Of a stretch of DNA of 64,000 nt, positions 44,821 through 59,652 are shown piece by piece; the first letter of the stretch is position 1; every line of letters starts with the position of its first letter. Both the position numbers and the translations under genes were made by a program. Source of the stretch: the human T2T-CHM13v2.0 reference genome, Homo sapiens; the NCBI RefSeq assembly GCF_009914755.1, contig NC_060947.1. One strand, written 5' to 3'. The notes under the pieces are model-generated. The model did no database searches. It saw only the letters and a list, made by a program, of their open reading frames with translations, and had not been told where the DNA came from.

Positions 44821-47184
44821 CAGGCATACCTCTTTTGTTGTGCTTTGCTTTATTATGCTTCACAGGTATTGAGTTTTTTACAAATTGAAGGTTTGTGGCA
44901 ACCCTGTGCCTAGCAAGTCTCAGTGCCGTTTTTTTCAATAGCATGTGCTCACTTCATGTCTCTGTATCACATGTGGGTAATTCACACAATATCTCAAACT
45001 TTTTCATTAATATCATATCTGGTGTGGTAATCTGTAATCAGTAATCTTTGATGTTATTATTGTAATTGTTTTGAGGTGCCATGAACCATACCCATATAAG
45101 AATGCAAACTTAATAATTATGTGTGTTCTGACTGCTCTATTGATTGGCCTTCCCCTCCCCTATTTCCCCCTCGGGCCTCCCTGCTCCCTAAGATACAACC
45201 ATATTGAAATTACTGAAATTAGGCCAACTAGTAACCTTACAATGGCCTCTAAGTGTTCAAATGAAATAAAATGTCACACATCTCTCACTTTAAATCAAAA
45301 GCTAGAAATGACAAAGCTTAGTGAGAAAGGTATATTGAAAGCTGAGATAGGGCAAATGCTAGGCCTCTTGCACCAAATAGTTAGCCAAGTTGTGAATTCA
45401 AAGAAAAGGTTCTTGAAGTAAATTAAAAGTGCTTCTCTAGTGAACACACAAATGATAAGAAAGTGCAACATCTTTAATGCTTATATGGAGGGTTTTAGTA
45501 GTCTGGATAGCAGATCAAACCAGGCTACAGAGTTCCCTTAAACCAATGCCTAATCCAGCTTTCTTCAATTCTGTGAAGACTGACAGAGGTAAGGAAGCTG
45601 CCAAAGAAAAGCTTAAAGCTCGCAGAGGTTAGTTCCTGATGATTAAGGAAAGAAGCTGTCTTCGTGATATAAAAGTGCAAGGTAAAGCAGCAAGTACTGA
45701 TGGAGAAGCTGCAGCAAGCTATCCAGAAGATCTGGCCAAGATAATTAATGAAGGCGGCTATACTAAACAACAGATTTTCAATGTAGACAAAACAGCCTTC
45801 TATTGGAAGAAGACACCATCTAGGACTTTCATAGCTAGAGAGGAGAAGTCAATGCTTGGCTTCAAAAGACAGGCTTACTCTCTAGTTAGGGGCTAATGCA
45901 GCTGGTGACTAAGTTGAAGCCAATGCTCATTTGCCACTCTGAAAATTCTATGGTCCTTACAAATCCTGCCAAATATACTCTGCTTGTACTCTATAAATGG
46001 AATGACAATGCCTGGATGACAGCACATCTGTTCATTGCATGGTTCACTGAGTATTTTAAGTCCACTGTTAAGACCTACTGATATTATTTTCAAAATATTA
46101 CTGCTCATTGATAATGCACCATTTCACCCAAGACTCTAATAAAGATGTACAAGGAGATTAATGTTGTTTTCATGCCTGCTAGCACAACATCCATTCTGCA
46201 GCCCATGGGAATGAATAATTTTGCCTTCCAAGTCTTATTATATAAGAAATATATTTTGTAAGTCTATGGCTGCCATGGATAGTCATTTTTCTAATGTATC
46301 TGGGCCAAGCAGATTAAAAACCTTCAGGAAAGGATTCACCATTCTAGATGCCATAAGAACATTCATGATTCATGGGAAGAGGTAAAATATCAACATTAAC
46401 AGGAGTTTTGAAGAAGTTGATTCCAATCTTCATGGATGACTTTGAAGGGTTCAAGACTTCAGTGGAAGAAGTCACTGCAGATACAATGGAAATAGCAAGA
46501 GAACCAGAATTAGAAGTGGAGCCTGAAGATGTGACTGAATTGCTGCAATCTCATAGTAAAACTTGAATAGACGAGGAGTTGCTTCTTACGGATGAGCAAA
46601 GAGTGGTTTCTTCAGATAGAAACTTATCCTGGTGAAGATTCTGTGAACATTGTGGAAATGACAACAAAGGACTTAAAATATTACATAAATTTAGTTGGTA
46701 AAGCCGCTGCAGGGTTGGAGAGGATTCACTCCACTTTTGAAAATTTTGCTCTGAGTAAGATACTATCAAAGAGCATTGCATTCTGTAGAAAAATCTTTCA
46801 TGAAAGAAAGTGTCATTTGACTAAACAAACCTCAATGTTATTTGAATAAATTGCCACAGCCACCCCAACCTTCACCAACCACCACCCTGATCAGTCAAAA
46901 GCTTTCAACATTGAGGCAAGACCCTCCTTCAGCAAAAAGATTACAACTCGCTGAAGGCTCAGGTGACTGATAGCACTTTTTAGCAATAAAGTATTTTTAA
47001 ATTAAGGTATGTACATTGGTGTTTTTTAGGCACAATGCTATTGAATACTTAATATGGTATAGTTTAAATATAACTTTTATATGTACTGGAAAATTGAGAA
47101 AATTCTTGTGACTCACTTTATATTGATATTTGCTTTATTACAGTGCCCTGGAACTTACCCCACAATATCTCCAAGGTATGACTA
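44821..47184 (+). mobile_element. Near full-length Tigger1 DNA transposon with decayed transposase
   Basis: TIRs CAGGCATACCTC ... AAGGTATGACTA flanked by TA; transposase remnants MASKCS..., [21 protein letters not shown]; splits a MIR. Confidence 0.93.
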
Positions 47185-47344
47185 TACCTATCTGATGAGG
47201 TAGTTATATGATTTAAATGGGAAATGTATATAAAGGATAAATGAATATAATGTCTGGCATGTAGTATGTACTTTCTAAGATATTGAGATACTTGGAGATA
47301 TAAACTGAGCAGTAGTGACTTAAGAATTTCTTTCTTTTCTTGTT

Positions 47345-47617
47345 ATGTTTTTTATTTTTAGTGATATAATTGTACATATTTATTTACAGAGTACATGTAA
47401 TATTTTGATGAATGCATACAATGTAAAATGATCAAATCAGGGTATTTAGCATGTTTATCACCTCAAACATTTGCCATTTCTTTGTGTTGGGAACATTTAA
47501 ATTCTTCTAGGTATTTTGAAATATACAATAATTGCTAACCATAATCGTCACTCTACTATGCTATCAAACACTAAAACTTATTCTAACTGTATGTTTGTAC
47601 CTATTAACCAACCTTTC
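47345..47617 (-). mobile_element. L1MA-like 3' end fragment
   Basis: GCATACAATGTAAAATGATCAAATCAGGGTA...CATTTCTTTGTGTTGGGAACATT. Confidence 0.7.
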
Positions 47618-48395
47618 TTGGGATCTGGGAAAAGCTAACTGGTTGGAAATGGATTGGAAGCTGTTCGCATAGCACTGTCTTTTGATTGCAGAAATGACCA
47701 CCAGAATTGGAGCTAAAGGAGATGACAGAGGGGTTAAACCTCTCCCCAGCCACACCTCAGTGCAGCCACTGATACAGACATAAAGACATAGAAACATGAT
47801 CACAAGGGTAACACCTCACTCTCTGCCTTAAAAGCCTTTGATAACTCATCATTGTATATTGGTTAAAATGCATACTTTTTAAATGACTTTAAAAGTTTCC
47901 TAAATTTAGTCACAAACTATTCTAATTTCTTTTTTATATTTCACTCTTAGTTATATGAAGGACTATACACACCCATACCATAGTTATATTAAACTTCTCA
48001 GTTTTCCCAAAATATGATATGCATTCTTCAGTGTTGGTGATCATGTTATCTCTTCTATCTGTATTACCTATCTCCTTCCATGTGTGCCAATTCTTGCCAT
48101 CACTGAAACCCCAGATAAAAATATCACTTTCCCAAAAAAAGACTACTATAATTACTGAAAATAAGGATAACCTGAATCATCAAGAAAAGACATATATTTG
48201 GTGTATTCCAGCTTAATAAGGTAGGATCACATTAATCTAATTTCTTAACTGGGAAAAGTATCTCACAAAATAGTGAAGTCATAACAAGTTTTGCATTTCA
48301 AAGGAGTAAATTTCAGTTACTTGGGAATTCGTTTGTGTGTACTCCGTGATTCACTGATTATTGAAAATAAATGTGACATCAACAGAAAATGCTTG

Positions 48396-48398
<3 letters not shown>

Positions 48399-48441
<43 letters not shown>
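48399..48441. repeat. (TC)n microsatellite
   Basis: About 19 perfect TC units plus a short imperfect extension. Confidence 0.95.
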
Positions 48442-48442
<1 letters not shown>

Positions 48443-48875
48443 CAGAGATTGCTTCATTCGTTCAACCAAATTATAGTCATTTATTCCACATCCCTGGCTC
48501 CCAAAGGACCTCAAAGAGTTAACATGTTTGTTTCACACTCCAGTTCAGAATGCCACTCTTCTTTCCACTATTGGAATTCTGCTCCAGCATTACGTTACAG
48601 AGCTTCCCTAATGTCTGCCTATGGGGATGTGGGTAATGGTGCCATCTGACACTTATCATAATTTCATTCAAACTCATATTGCTTTTACATTGAATTTCTC
48701 TTTGCCATTCTGGCTCCTAACTGCCAGCAGCAGGCTCAAATTTTACCTAAATGGGAGCATTTTGACTTCGGGAAAGAACATTGCTCAGTACCATTTGCTT
48801 AATCGTATACATTACTACAGAGAAATTGTTCTGACCCAGGGCCAAATCCCCTGCATCCAGAGCACAGGAAGTTTC

Positions 48876-51815
48876 TTTTTTATTATTATGATTATACTTT
48901 AAGTTCTGGGATACATGTGCAGAACGTGGAGGTTTGTCACATAAGTATACATGTTCCATGGTGGTTTGCTGTACCCATCAACCCCTCACCTACATTAGGT
49001 ATTTCTCCTAATGCTATCCCTCCCTTAGCCCCCACCCCCGGCAGGCCCCAGTGTGCGATGTTTCCCTCCCTGTGTCCATGTGTTCTCATTGTTCAACTCC
49101 CACTTATGAGTGAGAACATGCAGTGTTTGCTTTTCTGTTCCTGTGTTAGTTTGCTGAGAAGGATGGTTTCCACCTTCACTCATGTCCCTGCAAAGGACAT
49201 GAACTCATTGTTTTTATGGCTGCATAGTATTCCATAGTGTATATGTGCCACATTTTCTTTATTCAGTCTATCATTGATGGGCATTTGGGTTGGTTCCAAG
49301 TCTTTGCTATTGTGAATAGTGCTGCAATAAACATACATGTGCATGTGTCTTTATAGTAGAATGATTTATAATCCTTTGGGTATATACCCAGTAATGGGAC
49401 TGCTGGGTCAAATGGTACTTCTGGTTCTAGATCCTTGAGGAATTGCCACACTGTCTTCCACAATGGTTGAACTAATTTACGCTCCCACCAGCAGTGTAAA
49501 AATGTTCCTATTTCTCCACATCCTCTCCAGCATCTGTTCTTTCCTGACTTTTTAATGATTGCCATTCTGACTGGCATGAGATGGTATCTCATTGTGGTTT
49601 TGATTTGCATGTCTCTAATGACCAGTGATGATGAGTTTTTTTCATATGTTTGTTGGCTGCACTTCTTTTCAGGAGTGTCTATTCATATCCTTCGCCCACT
49701 TTTTGATGGGGATGTTTGTTTTATTCTTGTAAATTTATTTAAGTTCCTTGTAGATTCTGGATATTAGCCCTTTGTTGCAGGAAGTCATGGACCCCTAATG
49801 GAGGGACCAGCTGGAGCTGTGGCAGAAGAACATAAATTGTGAAGATCTCATGGACATTTACCAGTTCCCAAATAATATTTTCATAATTTCTTATGCCTGT
49901 CTTACTTTAATCTCTTAATCTTGTTATCTTCGTAAGCTGAGGATGTACGTCACCTCAGGGCCACTATGATAATTGTGTTAATTGTACAAATTGATTGTAA
50001 AACATGTGTGTTTGAACAATATGAAATCAGTGCACCTTGAAAAAGAACAGAATAACAGCGATTTTAGGGAGCAAGGGAAGACAATCATAAGGTCTGACTG
50101 CCTGCAGGGTCAGGCAAAATAGAGCCATATTTTTCTTCTTGCAGAGAGCCTATAAATGCACGTGCAAGTAGGAAAGATGTCGCTAAATTCTTTTCCTAGC
50201 AAGGAATATTAATAATTAATACCGTGGGGAAGGAATGCATTCCTGAGGGGAGGTCTATAAATGGCCACTCTAGGAGTGTCTGTCTTATATGGTTGAGATA
50301 AGGACTGAAATATGCCCGAGATAAGGACTGAAATATGCCCTGGTCTCCTGCAGTACCCTCAGGCTTACTAGGGTGGGGAAAAACCCCGCTCTGGTAAATT
50401 TGAGGTCAGACTGGTTCTCTGCTCTCAAACCCTGTTTTCTGTTGTTTAAGATGTTTATCAAGATAATATGTGCACCACTGAACATAAACCCTTACCAGTA
50501 ATTCTGCTTTTGCCCTTTGCCTTGTGATCTTTGTTGGACCCTTATCAGGAGTTTCTGATTTTGCCTTTGTCCTGTTTCCTCAGAAGCATGTGAGCTTTGT
50601 TTTCCTTTTTGCCCTTTGAAGCAAGTGATCTTTGTGACCTACTCCCTGTTCTTGCACCCCCTCCCCTTTTGAAATCCTTAATAAAACTTGCTGGCTTTAA
50701 GGCTCAGGTAGGCATCACGATCCTACCGATATGTGATGTCACCCCTGGAGGCCCAGCTGTAAAATTCCTCTCTTTGTACTCTTTCTCTTTATTTCTCAGC
50801 CAGCCGACACTTATGGGAAATAGAAAGAACCTATGTTGAAATATTGGGGGCAGGTTCCCCTGATACCATTTGTCAGATGGATAGATTGCAAAACTTTTCT
50901 CTCATTATGTAAATTACCTGTTCACTCTGATGATAGTTTCTTTTGCTGTGCAGAAGCTCTTTAGCTTAATTAGATCCCATTTGTCAATTTGGGCTTTTGT
51001 TGCCATTGCATTTGGTGTTTTAGTCATGAAGACTCTGCCCATGCCTATGTCCTGAATGGTATTACCTAGGTTTTCTTCTAGGGTTTTTATAGTTTTAGGT
51101 CTTACATTTAAGTCTTTAATCCATCTTGAGTTAATTTTTGTATGAGGTGTAAGGAAGGGGTCCAGATTCAGTTTTCTGCATATGGCTAGCCAGTTTTCCC
51201 AACACCATTTATTAAACAGGGAATCCTTTCCCCATAGCTTGTTTTTGTCAGGTTTGTCAAAGATCAGATGGTTGTAGATGTGTGGTGTTATTTCTGAAGT
51301 CTCTGTTATGTTGCATTGGTCCATATGTCTGTTTTGGTGCCAGTACCATGCTGTTTGGGTTACTGTAGCCTTGTAGTATAGTTTGAAGTCAGATAGCATG
51401 ATGCCTCCAGCTTTGTTCTTTTTGATTAGGATTGTCTTGGCTATACAGGCTCTTTTTTGGTTCCATATGAAATTTAAAGTAGTGTTTTTCTAATTCTGTG
51501 AAGAAACTCAGTGGTAGCTTGATGGAGACAGCATTGAATCTATACTTTACTTTGGGCAGTATGGTCATTTTCATGATATTCATTCTTCCTATCCATGAGC
51601 ATGGAATGTTTTTCCATTTCTTTGTGTCCTCTCTTATTTCCTTGAGCAGTGGTTTGTAGTTCTCTTTGAAGAGGTCCTTCACATCCCTTGTAAGTTTTAT
51701 TCCTAGGTATTTTATTCTCTTTGTAGCAATTGTAGTTCACTTATGATTTGGCTCTCTGTTTGTCTATGATTGGTATATAGGAATGCTTGTGATTTTTGCA
51801 CATTGATTTTGTATC
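48876..51815 (-). mobile_element. 5'-truncated L1PA7-like element interrupted by a MER11 LTR
   Basis: T tail at left; TSD CCAGAGCACAG(G/A)AAGTTTC at 48857-48875 / 51816-51834; ORF2 C-terminal fragments on the minus strand. Confidence 0.93.
49773..50865 (+). mobile_element. MER11 (MER11C-like; HERV-K11/HML-8) solo LTR
   Basis: TGTTGCAGGAAGTCA.GGACCCC start, GGGGGCAGGTTCCCCTGATA end; TSD CCCTT/CCATT; L1 sequence is contiguous across it. Confidence 0.88.
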
Positions 51816-54777
51816 CCAGAGCACAGAAAGTTTCAAGGGCAAGAAAGCTGCCCCTGCAGAGATATGAAAATCATTGCTAAGCAGCAAAATGGGAGGTGGG
51901 GTGGAAAAGAGTCTTAGTGGAACCTGTTACCCCAAATCAAGGCTGGGCCTGAAGCATTTGGTTAGAATGAAGGGAAGAAAGAAAATAAGCATCCCTACAG
52001 TTACCAAATATATGCATCTTACCTGTTCCTCCTCCCATATGTCCTCTGCACATGTAATGCTAAGTAAATTGTAAGTCCTAATCAAAGAGACAGTATGAAA
52101 TAAGATTTTGAAGAAGGCAGGTGATATATGTAGGATAACAAGACCCAAGGGACAGATAAATGGTTTTAATTCACCAGAAGATATGTTCTAAAAGGTCCTG
52201 GAAACAGAGATGTCTCTATAATGAGGGAGACAATAAGCCAGTCCTATGAGGAGGTGTAATTGAAGATGTAGAGGAAATAATGACACAATCAGAGGTAAAG
52301 AGGGAAGGGTATTAAACCATGAATTGTCAGGAAGCATTTAGACATCTTGCTGTCAAAGAAGCCCAGGATATTTTCAGTGCTGATGTAAGGAGACAAGAAA
52401 TCAAGTCTGCAGAAAAAAAAAAATTAATTTTTGGGGCAAGTGGGGGTGGGTGCAGGGAGTAGAGTGAAGAGGGAATATAAACAAAACAATATTCTTACAT
52501 GTGGGAAAAGTGTGCTATCAAGTCACATAGCCCCTTTCTCTTCAGGGCCTGTCCACATTCTGATCAATAACTAGCCAGCCTCTTGACCAGGACTTTCATG
52601 GAGGATGATAGCTTTTGTCAGAAAGGTCTTTCAGAGTCTTTTCCTTCTCATTCTATAGGTAGCTGTAAAGCTCATCCCAGCTCCGGATATAGGGCTGCCA
52701 AGATCAGGCTAGGATCTGGTTAAGAAACCAAACAAACACAAAAAGAAAATAAAAACTAAAAAACCTTGTTCAGAGCTTTTGCAAGGATGGATTAGCTAAA
52801 GATTTTCACATAAAATTTTCTCAGGAGCCCCCTCCAGGATTTCCAGGCATTCCAACATAATTTATATGATTTATAGTCTTCTCTTCTGTATTTCTCTGGG
52901 GTTATACATTTCTACTTTCACTGCAGCTTCTTGCAGTCCTTCTTGGATCTCGAATAGACATGTATATTAACTTTAAATCTGCAAGGCCACAAGCTGAAGC
53001 CATCCAAACAAGCAGTATGTATCTCTCAACCCCTTGAACTCTAAATCTGGGTCATCTGCTGTAAACCAGCACTTCATCATAACTTTCATAATTTTCAAGT
53101 ACTTAGTTACAACAAAATTAAGGAGATTAAAATCTCTCTTTTTGTGGTTTTAACATTTTATTCTCTTATCAAGCTAGCACCAAGAGACTAATCCAACAAA
53201 GACCTAATGAAGTATTATTAGATTGAAATAACATCCTCAGTCATCTCCATATTTCTCAAATAGTCATTATTGATTTATCAAGAAAACCTATTCTTTTCTC
53301 TCAAAATCCAAAATCCCTAGCACCATACTCAAGGTCCTCCAAGATTTTGATCCATCAAAATTTTCAGCCTTTATATTTCATAGCATCCCTTTACTCAGTC
53401 TCTGTTATAAACCTTGAACTACTTACAAATTCATAAATTTTAACACCTCCCTTCCTTTTTCGTGCCTTCCTTCTGGTCAGTATGCTCATCCCCACATGCT
53501 ATGCTTACTGAAATGATAATCATTTTTCAAGTCCCAGGTCAAATGCCACTTCATAGAATTTACCTGATCCCTGAGTGAGATTTAACACCTCCTTTCTCTG
53601 TGCCACAGTGGTAGTTTTTTGCTTATAGCTCTACTGAACACATACTGCCTTGTGTACTTATCTGGATCCTGCCTACCAATAAGTGGTAAGCCCCAGAAGG
53701 TAGAGGACAGCTCTGGTTCATTTCAGACTACCTACCACAGCCTCATGAAAACACATCTTTTAAGTGTGGATCACTGACCATAACCATGCTTGTTTCCACT
53801 TATGATGAGGACAGCTTAAAAACAATGTGATTTGTATACCTGATTGTATATCAATCTTGAAAAACACTGTTGCTACTTATGCCTTAATAATTTGGGAGGA
53901 CTGGGCAAATCCTTTGGTCATCCTGGAACCTTATTGTAATGGATGCACTATTGGCAGAGGCATAGAAAGATCCGATGTGGAAAAGTTTGTAATGGGACTA
54001 GACCGTATACTGTGAAATTCATCTTTTGTTTGTTTTTTCAGGGGATGCCTCAAAAGTTGATAATGTACAGGAAGAAATTGCTTTTATCTTTTCCCTACTA
54101 CTTTAAAAAACAAATATTTTAACTTTGGAAATGTCACTTCATCAGCTGATATAGCTATACACATAGAGTCCCAGTTCAAAGAAAAAATGCCCACAGATTG
54201 AGTCAGTTATACAGAAACTCACTTAAAATATAAAGTATTTGATCAACTCAACATTTTTGTGTAGCTATGTTATTTACTTACATATTTATTTATACCCTAT
54301 TTTACTCAATAAAGATTGTTTAACAATGAGAACACATTCAGTAAACTAATGATAAATACAAACAGATAATCAGGACCAGGACAAATACAAATTACATGTA
54401 TTTATAAGTTTGTTTATCCATTTATTATCTGAATCTTGCATTAGACTATAATCTTGATGGCAGTGTTTGTTTCATTCATCACTATGTACTCAACACCTGC
54501 CATGTAGTAGATATTCAATAAACGTGTTGAATTAATGCATTCTAAAATAACATTTTATGTAGATCATAAACCAAATTAATTTGCTGTAATTGAGCCTTCA
54601 AGTTGGATATGAACTTCCTGGCAGCCAAAGAAAAAGTGAAGATAGATGTAGTTCTCAAAAAAAATTATACAAAATTTTTAGGTATAGGTTACCTCTCCTT
54701 TCTCTAGAAACAAACCTTTCTCTAGAATTCAGTTCTAAATAAATTGCTTGCATGGGGCTTATAAGAGGCACTGGGTA

Positions 54778-55165
<388 letters not shown>

Positions 55166-55547
55166 TCACATACTTTGATAAAAGTAAAAGCCAGAACAGC
55201 AAAACACAAGTTGGGTAGAAGAGGTGGCTCCTGTGAGAAACTAAAAAACATAGGGATATCTTGATATACAGCCTTTTGGGAGTCTGGTGTGACTCAAGCA
55301 TAGAATATTATATTTCTTTAGATCCACTATAGTGCCAACACAGTATCTTGTATATAACATATGTTTACTGCTAACTGAGAAATCATTTTTAAAATATCCA
55401 ATTGCATTTAGTGAGTCCCATTCTTTCTTCTTCCCCACCTCTGTGCCTTTGCTTTTGTTGCTCACTATATCTGGAAAGTCTTCTCTATCTTCTTTCCATC
55501 TGTCAAAAATATAACCTGTCTTTCAAGATTAACCAGAAATGCTACTT

Positions 55548-55872
55548 TTTTAATTTTTTTATTTTTATTTATTTATTGATTGATTTATTTTCAGATGGAG
55601 TCTCGCTCTGTCGCCCAGGCTGGAGCGCAGTAGCGCAATCTCAGCTCACTGCAAGCTCTGCCACCCAGGTTCACACCATTCTCCTGCCTCAGCCTCCTGA
55701 GTAGCTGGGACTACAGGTGCCCGCCACCACGCCCAGCTAATTTTTTGTATTTTTAGTAGAGACGGGGTTTCACCATGTTAGCCGGGATGGTCTCGATCTC
55801 CTGACCTCGTGATCCGCCCGCCTCTGCCTCCCAAAGTGCTAGGATTACAGGCGTGAGCCACCGTGCCGGGCT
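55548..55872 (-). mobile_element. AluY
   Basis: GCAAGCTC, GACCTCGTGATCCG; TSD GAAATGCTACTT at 55536-55547 / 55873-55884. Confidence 0.94.
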
Positions 55873-56971
55873 GAAATGCTACTTATTTTTGTGAACACTT
55901 CCTGATCTGCTCAACCAGCTATGATCCTTTGAAATCAGAAGGTATAGGCTACCTCTCCTATTTTACATTTATTTTATTCTGCTTTGTATTACAATCATTT
56001 AGAATTTTTGTCCTAATGGCAGGAATAGTGTCTCACTCATCGTACATTCTCCAAAGGGCCTACTATTCTACTTCATACTAGGTATTTACAAAATCTTCAG
56101 TTGAATAACAATGGATTGGGAATTTTGAGATTCCATCCATCTTATCGAGTTAATCTCATTTGGTTAATCACTTTGGCAATTTAGCCTGAAACCATAAGTC
56201 ATAGAGATTCTTAAAAAAGATATTTTTAAAAGTAATAATAGTTGGGATGTTGTGTGTAAACAGGGAATAACATTTATGAGTATGGGAGCTGTAATGTACA
56301 GGACAAAATTCAAGGGTCAACTAAAACCTTGAATTTAATTACTGTGTGAAACAATTAATATTACCCAGTTTTGTGGTCACAAATTATAATCCTGATCCTG
56401 ACCCTGGCCGTTTGTCTTATTTGGGAGTTTACAGGGCTAGCTATATAAAATACATAAACAGTGCAATGGGAGCTGCTGTTCATTTTCCTCAGATCACAGT
56501 CTGGCATTAGCTTTGGTGAAGGTAATGGCTAGACAGACTGCTCTTTGCACAATGACTTAATTTTTTTTGGAAGAAATGTTGTGTTCAATCTGATCATAAG
56601 AAAATTTGTTACATATCATCATTCTCAGCTCCTTGACATTGTGCCCAAGTATTTCCAGAAGCCTCTGGGCAATATGTGCTCAGTTTTCATGTTGCTCCTA
56701 CAACCAGTGTTGGATATCAAAGTCTGACCTTTGCATCTCATACTCATCCTGTCACCAGTGCCTCCAAGTTTCTTTCAGGGAGGCTTAATTTTGACGTAAG
56801 TTGTGGACTGTGACCAGCTGAATGTCTTGTTTCTCTTTTTTGCAATCTTAGGTTTCATGAGAAGTCTAAGAGTGGTTATGAGGCCAGACAGAAGATAACG
56901 TTACCTCAAAAGACAGTACTGAGGAAAAAGGAGAATAATGATTGCAGGGGTTGAGGGACTCAATTACATTA

Positions 56972-57108
56972 TTTTTAAATTAACAGTTTTATTGAGATAT
57001 ATTTCATATATGATAAAATTTACCCTTTTAAAGTGTACAGTTCAGTAGTTTTTAGTATATTCACAGAGATGTGCAACCATCACCACAATCTAATTTTAGA
57101 ATATTGTC
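56972..57108 (-). mobile_element. L1MB-like 3' end fragment
   Basis: TTTATTGAGATATA...TTTTAAAGTGTACAGTTCAGTAG...GTGCAACCATCACCAC. Confidence 0.7.
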
Positions 57109-59652
57109 AATGGCTTTTTGATAAATGCTTTTTATCATAAATGGGACTAGGAAAGAGAATATCCTATGTAGGCTTAGCCCCACTGTAGGAGATATAAATT
57201 AAAGTGTGAACGATCATGAATATCAATATATATGAAAGCAGCAGTTTATACACTAGTACTAAATTATGTCCTTTTATATTAAAGTGACACACTATCATTT
57301 TTTATACCTGAATACAATGTAATTATGCAGTACTGATACATTCAAATATCTCAATGTGAGTAATTAAAACCACAAAGAATATGAGCTTACTTTGGATGCT
57401 AAATATAGCCACTGAAAATTAGATTCGTGCCTGGTGCCACCCACACCATTTTATATTGATCAGAAAAATAAAAATGTATCAATGGGATCATTTTTCTTAT
57501 GTTTTCTGGTCATCATTCCAAATTACCACATGCATTATTTTTACTAATAAGTATCTTATTTTACCTCTATGTTAAGAATCCTAGTTTTGATCTCCAGCTT
57601 TAAAATTCAATTTTTATGGTTGCTAGGGAACTAACATATAATTCTTCAAGCTATTATAATATAAAGGTGTAATTATACACTTGTTTTCAGAAAAAAATAC
57701 ATCCAAAGATTATTTTTTCAAAAATGAGATTAACTAATAAAGCTACTTCTACATGGAAAATAAATAAAAATTAAACAGGGAAATAGCAGTATGCATGATA
57801 ATAGAGGAATCACCCCAACTCCCTATTGTTCTCCCCTACCTGCCACTTCTTCACATCTACTCTTTGTAATGAAGTAGTCTTGATTTGTCTCCCAATGCAA
57901 AACATAGTCTTCTGTTTCTGCCTTCAGTAATATTTCATTTAGCTCCCCTCCAAAATTAGAAACAAGAAACTCATTATAGTGGGTTATGAAATTTACTCCT
58001 GATAGATTCTCAAATTTGTTATTAATATTTCATTATTATGATTGCTGATGGTCTTAGGTTCATGGGGAAGCTGTTCTGGGATAATCAATCTCCTGTCTTT
58101 ATGAGAAACATTATTCATAAACTTATGTAAAAGGTCTGCTCTTTCATTATAGTATAACCAGCTAACAATCTATCTGTGTATGCCCATCTGACCTTGCAAT
58201 TACTGGCTTATCTTTATGATCCATTGCAATGGAGTTATTAATTCCACTTCCTTAAGACTTTTATTCTTTTGCTCTGGAGGTCAGCTAGGAAGAATGATAG
58301 AGATACCATTAATAATAATTATCATCAACTCAGGTGGCATATGGAAAACATTCTTTCAAAAGATTGGCATTTGCTCTTGAAGACAAGCAATGGTAGATGC
58401 CTCCATTTCCAGGAAAACATTGTCTCTAACTCAGGAACATCAATTCAGTGATAGCAGTTACTGGCTGAGAAAATGAGAACACGACAATTCAACAGCATGG
58501 AGGCTCTCAGCTGTAAATGGACTGATTTGTTTTTTATAAGCCTTCTGGCAAAATCCCCAATTATTACCTTTGTCCCTTTCATAATGGTCCTGCTTGTTGC
58601 ATGATTTACCACTGTTAGTCTGTTAGTAAAAGAGAGAAGGGAGCACAAAGTGCCAGCCATACAAACACTAAAGTTCCCTGTTCCAACAGTGCTAGAACCT
58701 AATTCATGAAAATGTATTTACAGTCTATTTGTCTCAATCAAAAATGCTCTTAGAATCCCTCCTGTTTCAGGGAAGCATATTTTGTTTGGAAGTTAGGGAT
58801 GGTGAAATCACAACATTATCACATCAGATTCTTGAAAGGGACTCATAAAGATCATCTTGCTCAGCAAACCATTTGAAGGCAGGTTGTTGAAACCATTATG
58901 AGTTACTTATGCCCATGTTCTCTTACATCTCCTTGGGCAGGAAGAATGGTGAGAGTAGGAGTAATCTTGCAGAAAGTGATGGTGAGATTACACCAATGAT
59001 TCTGGATTTCCATTGTTCTCTCCATTTATTCTTACTACTATCCAGGACCAGGCTCTATATTTTTGCCCCATGACAGGATTACTGCAAGAGTTCCCTTAGT
59101 GGCTTCATCCAGTCAGACTATCATCACCACCATCAGAATTATCAATGCCTCAGACTATTTCATTTTGTCACAATTTAGTAATCTAAATCAACTCCCTTCC
59201 TGGTTTCCAGTATAATTATTTTTTAAGGACAAGTACTTATTGGACATCTACTATTACCAAGCACCATTCTAGGCACTGCGGATAGCACAGAGAACAAAAC
59301 AGACAAAAATACTCACTCTAATAGAACTCATTCTAATTAGGAGAATGAGATAATAAATAAGTAAATATCTGATATGTCAGATGGTGGTCCAGGCTATGGA
59401 CAATAATAACATAAAGAAGCAAAATAACAGTTGTTAGGGTGGGGTGACAGGAGAACAGAGAAATAGTTATAATCTCACATTTTTGTAAAATAGTTTTTCA
59501 CCTCTCTTCTGAAATTTGCCTTTACCATCCTGTTATGTATGTTTACCTACATGCTTTTTGGAGGGAATTGGGCAGGATATATAGTAGGTAAATACATATA
59601 TTTATCCCATCATAATAATTCAAAAGTCTTTTGACTGGTTTTCAGGGTACTC

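Noticed and set aside
45242-46849. Possible domesticated pogo/TIGD transposase gene
   Set aside because: Multiple stops and frameshifts; an ordinary decayed Tigger1
54020-54100. Strong-looking plus-strand splice acceptors (54041; also ~40782 and ~56851)
   Set aside because: No convincing paired donor or recognisable coding frame
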